Source: Chrysochromulina tobinii (Eukaryota). Taken from it: a stretch of 41,685 bases of DNA. The position numbers were made by a program, and so were the translations under genes. The notes under the pieces are model-generated. The model saw only the letters and a list, made by a program, of their open reading frames with translations. It searched no databases and was not told the origin of the DNA. The stretch covers positions 1 through 41,685 of the forward strand of contig JWZX01003080.1 in the NCBI GenBank assembly GCA_001275005.1. Reading direction: 5' to 3'. Within the stretch, counting starts at the first letter, position 1; each line of letters begins with the position of its first letter. Positions 34,783 through 41,685 of the stretch are shown here, one piece after another.

Positions 34783-34992
34783 TTCTTCATTTCAATTTTC
34801 ATCGCGCATGTCCACGTCAGCAGACAGCACATTGCTAGCGCACGAACTACTACGTAGTAGGAAATACTATATAGGAAAACACGACGCACACCACCGCGGC
34901 AATGCAGCACGCGCTCACACCCACTTACGTCACATGCCCCATCACACAACCAACCTGCTCCATGTGCTCTTTGCTTGTATTTTAGGCGGTAT

Positions 34993-37900
34993 TCATGCTC
35001 CTCCTTGTACTGTAAGCTCCTTGTGCTCCTTGTCTGTTCCTTGTGCTCTTTGCTTGTATCCCGCTGCAAAATCTCTCGCCGCCTCTTTTCCGCCGGAAAC
35101 CGGCTGGGAAAGGTTTGAGTCGCTCGAAAATGGTCGCGATGACTGGCGGCGCCGCCGGAAAGACTCCTCTTCGTTCTCTTGGCGCAACCTTTCCGTCTCG
35201 ATGCGGATCTCCTCGAATTCCTTGTTGAGCGCGGCGCTCTGGTGCTCCCGCATCTCCTGTCGCATGATCATCCCGAGGAACTGCCCCGTCACCTCCTGCT
35301 TGAGCTGCCGCAAGTCCACCACGGCCGGTGGCGATCCCTTCTTCTTCGAGCCGTTGGGCTCTGCGGGAGCGTTGCTGAACATGCGCGTGAGCTCGCCAAA
35401 GGTGATCGCGCCGCTGCCGTCCGTATCAAACGAGGCGAAGAGAGAGTCGACCGCGGAGCTGCTTGTCCCATGAAGCGAAGGTAGAGTGTGCAGCACCTTG
35501 CGGAACTCGTCCTTGGTTATCAGCCCGTCGCCGTTCTCGTCCCACGACCTAAACAAGTCGAGGACGCGCGCAGCCTGTGAGGCGAGCCGCGAGCGCAGCG
35601 TCAGGATCGATTCGCTCGGCCGATTCTTGTCTATCGACATGAGCCTCTCGATCGCCGAGTCTTGATCAGGTGCCATAATGAAGCCGACCGCGGCGCGCAG
35701 CTCGGACATCTCGATCAGGCCCGAACCGTCGGTGTCGATGCTCGCAAACACCTTCGCGACATTCTCCCAGTTGCCGAGATCCACGCCAAGGTCCTGGAGC
35801 GCCTGCCGGAACTGCCGATGATTAATGGTGCCGCCTGTGCGCTGTGCGTACACTTGGAGCACATCAATGAACTGCGCGGCGGCGCGCGAGCTGCGCGAGT
35901 GCACGTTCTCGAGGTTGAGCTGCGCCTCAATTTGAAGGGCCTCCCCCTTCTCAGGAACTTTGGGCGCGCTCACTTCCAGGGGCCTCGGCCCAAGCCCCTT
36001 GATCAATTTCTTGAGCTCGGCATACCTGACGCTCCCCGAACCGTCGGTATCGACCAGATCCACGATGGCAGAAATCTCAGCGTCCGTCACGCGGATGAAG
36101 CCATAAGTCTTGAGCACCGTCTTGAACTCGTCCCGGCTCAGCTCGCCAGACTGGTCGGTGTCGATCTGCTTGAAGATGTCGACGATGCGCTCGCCGCCGT
36201 TGGCTACCTTTTGAAAGCCTGCCATGTGATCTCGGAGCGTCCAGATATCGAGCCCGCCGAGATCTTCGACGTCGCAGTCGGCTGCACTTGGCGTGGGCTG
36301 GGCGTTCGACGCCTGGCTCGTAAAGCTCAGCCGTGCCTTGTGGAACGCCGCCGCCTGGTTCTGGAACTTGAGCTGCGACAACTCGCCTCCGCCCGCCGAA
36401 GACGGCGCCCGTGCGTGTACTGCACCGACAGCCCCGCGACGCTTCGAACGGACGGACGGGAGTGCGGCGGCCTCCTGGATCTCCCGCTGAGATACGGACC
36501 GAGATACGGAGCGAGAAACAGACCGAGTTGATGCGGCGGCCTCCTGGATCTCCCTCTGGCTGATGGGCCGTTGCTTGAGCGAGCGCGTCAGTCGCACGTT
36601 CCCGCCATTGAGTAGGATCTTTTGAATCTCACGGACCGAGAGCGTGCCGTTGCCATCAGTATCCCACTTGTTATAGAGCTCGATGATGTCTTCTTCAGCG
36701 GCCGGACAGCCATAGCCTCTAAGGGCCTTGGAAAAGTCTGCGGGCGAGACCTCGGAGCTGCCGCTTTTGTCCCACGACCGCAGCAGGTCGAGCATGCGCA
36801 GCGAGTTCGCCACGAGCGCGTCGCGCAGCTTGTCGGCCATCAACTCGGCGTTCGATTCATGCAGTGCTTTCCAATCGGTCAGATGTGAGACATGCGCCAC
36901 CATCTCCTTGGGCGCTGGTCTCGGCTTCAGGGAGCTTCGGCGGATGGGCGTCTCGCAAAAGCCCCTCTCGTAACCGTCTCCCTCGGACCTCGAGGCGACA
37001 GGCGCGGACGGAAGCCGGCCGCTCAGCACCGTCTGCAGCACCGCACGCACCGACACGTGCTCCTCTGTGGCCATATCGATTCCGTCGCCGCCACCCAGGG
37101 CCATAGCCGTTGGGCCAGAACCGATGCGCGACATGGACAGAGCGACGTCCTGAGCGAGGAGCAAAGGGGGTATAGGTGGCCGTACCGAAGGCGGCCGCGC
37201 CAAAGGCTGGCTGATCATCGCCCTCTCGAGCGTCCTCTCCGCCTCATGCTTCGCTGCCAGCTTAGAGAGACTGCCATCGGCCGACTGCCGCACCTTCGCA
37301 TGGATCAGCCTGAGCTCGTCCGCCTTCGCATCGGCCAACTGCTGCGTGCGGCGGGCCTCGCGCTGCTTCATCTCGTCGAGCACGGCGCGCTCGGGGCTCA
37401 TCACGGCGCGCTCGGGGCTCATCACCCAAGACGCTTGTCCCACGACCGTTGACCCTTGAGCTTCCTCCGCCGTCGCCTGTACGGCAATGGGAGGCGCAGG
37501 CGGCCCAGCGAGATCTCGATCCGTATCTCGGTCCGTATCTCGGTCCGTATCTCGGTCCGAGTCATCTTGACCTGTATCTTGGTCCGCGGGCTGAGAGGTG
37601 ATTTCGCCGAGAGTCGCATGGTCGGCAAAGCTGTGGAGGCTCTCCTGCCTCAGTCCCCTGCTTCCTCTCCTGCTTCCAAACCTTGGCGAAGCAGGCCTCG
37701 CCGAGGATTCACCAGAATCGACCACCGGGAAGCTGTCGAGCATTGAGCAGATCTCGGAGTGGGAGAGGCCGAGCGCCACATTCCCCTTCTCGTTCCCCAC
37801 CTGCAGCAGCACCATCGCGATCGCGCTTTTGGGTGCATGCTCCACGTCGTCTCCAGCTGCGATTGCTTCGAGGGCACCCTTGACGGCGAGATGGAATCGG

Positions 37901-38709
37901 CCGAGGCGAGCCTGAAGATGCCGCGCGACGGCACTCGCAGGGAGCGGGGCGCTCGAGGAGGAAGTGCCGAACGCGCCACCCGCGTTCAGCAGCGACGGCA
38001 GCGACTCACTCATACGCAGACCCGAGCTGCCGCCGCTCAGGGTGTGGGGCGCGGTGCCACCGCGGCCGAAGGCGCTTCTCGAGTCGCCGCGGCCAATGGC
38101 ACTGGTCGAAGAGTCCCACATCTCCGAGGCAAAGAGCGAGTCGGCGTTGCCACCGGCGCGGCTGCGCGCGCGCGAGAGGGGTAGCCGTGGCGTGGGGATG
38201 CCACTCACCACGTATGCGCTCGAGACTCCGCGCAGGGGTGCAGGCAGCGAGTAACGTGGAGACTCCGCGCGCAAGCCGAGCTCGGTCGGGAAGCCGAGTG
38301 GGACTGTCAGGAGCGATGCGGGCACGAGTGCCCTCCCGTTCAGCACCCCGTGCTGACTGCTCGCGCCGCGCGGCCTGCGCAGCGCCGCGACAGAGCCGAA
38401 GCTCATGTGCGAAATCGCCTCACGCACAAGGCACGTGCCGGAGCCGTCCTGGTCGAGATACTTCTCGAAGAGTTGCGACGCAGCAGCGCGGAGCTCTGCA
38501 ATGTCGGTGCACTCTGGGTGATGAACCGCTTCGGCGACGACCTCCACAAATGTCTGCTTGACTATGCGGTTGGCTGGCAGCATCGTGCGCAGCGCACGCT
38601 CCACCTTGGTGCTATTGATCTTGATGCTCGCCAGGCCACGCGTCAAGGCCTTGGTGGCAAGGTTCTCCACGGGTGTTGGCAGCGGCAGCGAGAGGTTCCT
38701 GGCGGCCAT
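34993..38709 (-). CDS. Large multi-EF-hand calcium-binding protein (1,238 aa)
   Basis: EF loops DQDGSGTCLVRE, DKSGSSEVSPAD, DTDGNGTLSVRE, DTDQSGELSRDE, DTDGSGSVRYAE, DTDGSGLIEMSE, DENGDGLITKDE, DTDGSGAITFGE, mostly in pairs, with long low-complexity linkers and a C-terminal coiled-coil. Confidence 0.85.
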   Translation of the reverse strand: MAARNLSLPLPTPVENLATKALTRGLASIKINSTKVERALRTMLPANRIVKQTFVEVVAEAVHHPECTDIAELRAAASQLFEKYLDQDGSGTCLVREAISHMSFGSVAALRRPRGASSQHGVLNGRALVPASLLTVPLGFPTELGLRAESPRYSLPAPLRGVSSAYVVSGIPTPRLPLSRARSRAGGNADSLFASEMWDSSTSAIGRGDSRSAFGRGGTAPHTLSGGSSGLRMSESLPSLLNAGGAFGTSSSSAPLPASAVARHLQARLGRFHLAVKGALEAIAAGDDVEHAPKSAIAMVLLQVGNEKGNVALGLSHSEICSMLDSFPVVDSGESSARPASPRFGSRRGSRGLRQESLHSFADHATLGEITSQPADQDTGQDDSDRDTDRDTDRDTDRDLAGPPAPPIAVQATAEEAQGSTVVGQASWVMSPERAVMSPERAVLDEMKQREARRTQQLADAKADELRLIHAKVRQSADGSLSKLAAKHEAERTLERAMISQPLARPPSVRPPIPPLLLAQDVALSMSRIGSGPTAMALGGGDGIDMATEEHVSVRAVLQTVLSGRLPSAPVASRSEGDGYERGFCETPIRRSSLKPRPAPKEMVAHVSHLTDWKALHESNAELMADKLRDALVANSLRMLDLLRSWDKSGSSEVSPADFSKALRGYGCPAAEEDIIELYNKWDTDGNGTLSVREIQKILLNGGNVRLTRSLKQRPISQREIQEAAASTRSVSRSVSRSVSQREIQEAAALPSVRSKRRGAVGAVHARAPSSAGGGELSQLKFQNQAAAFHKARLSFTSQASNAQPTPSAADCDVEDLGGLDIWTLRDHMAGFQKVANGGERIVDIFKQIDTDQSGELSRDEFKTVLKTYGFIRVTDAEISAIVDLVDTDGSGSVRYAELKKLIKGLGPRPLEVSAPKVPEKGEALQIEAQLNLENVHSRSSRAAAQFIDVLQVYAQRTGGTINHRQFRQALQDLGVDLGNWENVAKVFASIDTDGSGLIEMSELRAAVGFIMAPDQDSAIERLMSIDKNRPSESILTLRSRLASQAARVLDLFRSWDENGDGLITKDEFRKVLHTLPSLHGTSSSAVDSLFASFDTDGSGAITFGELTRMFSNAPAEPNGSKKKGSPPAVVDLRQLKQEVTGQFLGMIMRQEMREHQSAALNKEFEEIRIETERLRQENEEESFRRRRQSSRPFSSDSNLSQPVSGGKEAARDFAAGYKQRAQGTDKEHKELTVQGGA

Positions 38710-38960
38710 TCGCGCGTCAAGTCCTCGCCCTGCTCTCTGAGAGGGACCTTTGTGTTGTAAGGGAGCTTGTGTTGGTCGAGATGGACGGCTTGTCGCCGTT
38801 CGCTAATCTATGAAACGTCTGAAGCATGCGTCCAGCGTGTGAGATGAGTTGAGCAAGGGGCGGTCTCGTGCATGGGCGCGTTGCAAAGGCGCGCCAGATG
38901 TAACCCCCTTCATATTAACGATTCGCGCCCTCGTGGGCGGCTGACACGTGATCGAAAAAT

Positions 38961-40103
38961 ATGACGAGCATTTCCGGCGCTGTGCGGTCCGTCGACGACC
39001 GCACCAAACAGAACCTGCTGAGGCAGATCGAGTACTACTTCTCCGATCTATCCTTGCCGTACGACGACTTCCTTAAGAGCCAGATGGATGCTTCGGGCGC
39101 CATTCCTGTAGCCGTGCTTGCTAGTTCCCCGCGCGTCATCTCGATGTGCGAGGCAGTGGACCTCGACCTTGAGTGCGACCGCGAGGCAGTGCTACTCGAG
39201 ATCCTCAAGGAGTCTGACTCGGTGCGCGTCGTCGAGGACACCAAGCTGCAGCGCGTGTGGCCGATGCCAGATGCAGACCCGAGTGCCGCTCGCTCCGCCT
39301 ACCTCTCTGGGGTCAACCGGGATTGGGACGAGGCAAAGATGCGCGAGAGGCTGAGCGCGAGCAAGGATGCCGAAAGTTTTCTACCAGTGGTCAGCATGCG
39401 CAGGCTGCGTGACGTGCAGCGCGACCGTGCCTACACAGGCCAGTGGTACATCGAGTGCGAGAGCGAAGCCAAGGCTGCCGCGCTGGTCGCAGCCGCAACC
39501 AAGGGGAGTGCCGGTGTGCCATGCAACAAAGCCAAGCATCTGCAGGACTTTTTCGACAAGCAGAAGGAGACGATCCTCGAACAGAAGCAGAAGCGCGCCC
39601 TCAAGGCAGCGTCCGGCGAGCCGAGCGCGAGCGCCGCGTCGGGCGCCAAGCGCGCAAGGGAGGAGGAGGAGGAACCAGTGGATGACGAGGCGAAGCGGCA
39701 GCGTGCTGAGGCCGATCTGGCGACGCTGCTCAAGGTCGAGTCGATCGGGCCGGACGCGTCGCGCGAGACGATCAGCGCGCTGTGCGAGCCCCATGGCAAG
39801 GTCGCCTTCATCGAGTTTGAACGAGGCCTGTCGGAAGCCATGCTGCGGTTCGAGTCTGCCGAGAGCGCGACCCAGGTGCTCGAGGCGCTCAGCGGCGCGG
39901 GCACTGACGTGGGCGGCGCGGTGGCGACGTGGCGCCGGCCGACGGCGCAGGAGTCAGAGAGCTACTGGCAAGCCTACCGCGACCGCAAGGCTGCGCAGCA
40001 GAAGCAGAAGCACGGACGCGGCGGTGGCAAGGGGAAGGGCGGCGGCAAGGGCAAGGGTGGCTACGGCAAGGGCCGCGGCGGCAAGGGGCGCGGCGGCAGG
40101 TGA
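38961..40103 (+). CDS. SSB: La protein (La motif - RRM1 - RRM2/xRRM - basic Gly/Lys/Arg tail)
   Basis: La motif LRQIEYYFSDLSLPYDDFL..G.IPV; RRM1 (RSAYLSG..YTGQWYIECES); RRM2 (SRETI..GKVAFIEFERG..AMLRFES..E..YW); GKGKGG/RGG tail. LARP7 is not fully excluded. Confidence 0.85.
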   Translation: MTSISGAVRSVDDRTKQNLLRQIEYYFSDLSLPYDDFLKSQMDASGAIPVAVLASSPRVISMCEAVDLDLECDREAVLLEILKESDSVRVVEDTKLQRVWPMPDADPSAARSAYLSGVNRDWDEAKMRERLSASKDAESFLPVVSMRRLRDVQRDRAYTGQWYIECESEAKAAALVAAATKGSAGVPCNKAKHLQDFFDKQKETILEQKQKRALKAASGEPSASAASGAKRAREEEEEPVDDEAKRQRAEADLATLLKVESIGPDASRETISALCEPHGKVAFIEFERGLSEAMLRFESAESATQVLEALSGAGTDVGGAVATWRRPTAQESESYWQAYRDRKAAQQKQKHGRGGGKGKGGGKGKGGYGKGRGGKGRGGR

Positions 40104-40470
40104 TGTGCGCGCGGACTGAAACGTCGTAAGATTGTAGTGCGCCGGCATGTATCGCTGTTTCAGGTGTTCCGGGCGAAGATCCAGCGAGATGGATCCAGCT
40201 CACTCTCGAAATCGTCGGAGAGGGATTACAAAGTGCAGGTCGGCGATTGGCGTGTGCGTGCACCGGTCGTTGTGTGCTTGCACGTTCGGTTGCTGCTTCC
40301 GTTTTCAGCCGAGCTGCAGCCGCTCGCCTTATTTTTAGTCCCAGGATTAAAACCACACACATGAAGTGCAATTGATGAAATGTTGACAGATGGGATCGAT
40401 GCTGGCTGGACTTTTTTTTCGCATTATCGCAACGCCAACGGGTATTATAAATAAAAAAAGGTTTTTCCAC

Positions 40471-41012
40471 CAGTGCGAGCTCGGGCGCCAGTTCTTCGCC
40501 GGGCGCCTCCTTCGGCCAGATGGGCAACTCGACGCAGCCTTCGTGGGCGCGGAGAAGCTCAAGCTCCACGTGGCGCAGGCTGCCCTGGACGGCTCGCCCA
40601 TGGGTGTCGACGGTAAGCGCATCATCGACGCGCTGCGCTCGGCGATCATCCCGCCGGCGTGGCGTCTGCAGATCGGCACCTTTCGAGCGCATTGGAATAG
40701 ACCTACCTGCATTCGCCATCGAGGACGCTCGACAACTGTTGACGAAATCATTTCGGCTGCCACGTGGATCGCGCTGCTACCGAGCGCATGCGCTCCCGCC
40801 ACAACGAGCTCGAGATGGCAGATTTCAGTGAGCCTGTGCTCAAGGTGCTCAAGGGCATCAAGATCTCGTCTACGCATTGCCGGCGAACCTTTACGCTTCG
40901 CGACATCGACACCGAGCTCTGCTCCGCGTCCATGTTTCCATGGGTGGACGCCGACGGCAACGAGACGGCGATGAGCGTGGCCGCCTTCGCCCGCGCTGCT
41001 GCCGTCGCCTAG
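40471..41012 (+). pseudogene. Frameshifted Argonaute fragment (end of N domain, end of L1, N-terminal half of PAZ)
   Basis: Three successive frames give LHVAQAALDG..V..IIDALRSAIIPPAWRLQIG, then IGIDLPAFAIEDARQLL, then LKVLKGIKISSTHCRRTFTL..SMFPWVDADGNETAMSVAAF. These are collinear with eukaryotic AGO segments ALHDALSG..IQALDV..VG, LNIDVSATAF and IKGLKVEITHC..TFP..TVAQYF. No MID/PIWI seen. Confidence 0.65.
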
Positions 41013-41282
41013 GTCGGCGTCGCGTGATGAATCGCCATCGCGTAAGTCAAGGCCATTAGCCCATCGCACGCATCCGCCAGCTGCGCCACCTCCACCCGTG
41101 CCGCTGCCGCGGCTGGGCCGCCGCCCTGAACACGACTCGGCTGGGAGAGACTCGCCGCCGCCGCCACCGCCGCCGCGGCCCACGGGCCCCACGCCGGCGG
41201 CGGCGGCGGCGGCGGCGGCCTGCAACCCGTTGGGGACGCAGACCGCCCTGCACCGTATCGACAGGCAATCTGCATCGTACAA

Positions 41283-41685
41283 ATGCAGCAGACAAATCAC
41301 CCTAACATCATGAGCTTGACCTCAGGCGATGAAACTCCTGCACCAACATCCTCCTATGCTCAGGCTGCTGCCTCGTCGTCGATCGCCCCAACGGGAGCCG
41401 ATGCACCGATGCAGCATGTACCGAACGCTACGGGCGAACGCAAGCGACGCATAGTCAGTGCAGAAGAGCGTCAAGAGCTTCACGTTGCTGACAGCCTCGT
41501 TGAGCTCGCGCTCATCTTCGATACGAGTGCCGGAAAGAAAGGCGCGTTCGGTGGCCTCGGCCAAGACGCGCGCAAATCAACTGAACGCACCATCAATGAT
41601 ATCGTCCAAGCGACGCGTAGAAAATGTTCCTCTGTCGCCCAGCTTTCTGCTCCGCACTTTCCCCCCAAACCCCTCCCCCCCCCTC
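41283..41685 (+). CDS. Partial ORF of unknown function, open to the end of the window
   Basis: Stop-free frame MQQTNHPNIMSLTSGDETPAPTSSYAQAAASS...RKRRIVSAEERQELHVADSLVELALIFD...; absent from the supplied ORF track because it has no stop. Confidence 0.35.
   Translation, partial: MQQTNHPNIMSLTSGDETPAPTSSYAQAAASSSIAPTGADAPMQHVPNATGERKRRIVSAEERQELHVADSLVELALIFDTSAGKKGAFGGLGQDARKSTERTINDIVQATRRKCSSVAQLSAPHFPPKPLPPP

Noticed and set aside
15580..38709. Functional light/calcium/redox gene cluster (HKR, two EF-hand proteins, SelH, ABC1K)
   Set aside because: Adjacency in a compact eukaryotic genome is not evidence of a shared pathway, and these families are common; needs synteny or co-expression data.
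40676..40705. PFERIGIDL resembles the start of a retroviral-type integrase core
   Set aside because: No following D..E catalytic motifs; the segment fits better as the Argonaute L1 end, collinear with the flanking AGO-like segments.
40347..41300. 317-aa minus-strand ORF and 194-aa plus-strand ORF 40390..40974 as intact genes
   Set aside because: Low-complexity or chimeric translations; the coding signal switches frames, as expected for a pseudogene on the plus strand.

Overview
GC-rich, gene-dense eukaryotic DNA with short spliceosomal introns, most consistent with a microalga and probably a haptophyte (inferred from gene families, TTAGGG-type repeats and repeat-filled introns; not proven). 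In order: a trypsin-like protease; a ~4,460-aa secreted FN3/IPT-TIG protein with lectin-like and discoidin-like domains nested inside its IPT repeats; a 2-exon EF-hand protein; a selenoprotein H-like gene split by an in-frame UGA with a clear type II SECIS; a 2-exon histidine kinase rhodopsin (rhodopsin-HisKA-HATPase-receiver, no cyclase) with an unusual retinal pocket; a ~3,230-aa armadillo-repeat protein; an ABC1/UbiB atypical kinase; a small membrane ORF; an interstitial telomere-like repeat; a 1,238-aa multi-EF-hand protein; a La protein; a frameshifted Argonaute (N-L1-PAZ) relic; and an ORF running off the end. Two intergenic elements made of ~81-bp direct repeats with internal inverted segments bracket the EF-hand/SelH/HKR block. 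Five GT-AG introns were inferred by eye from splice signals and frame restoration. All domain calls are by motif recognition; no searches were run.
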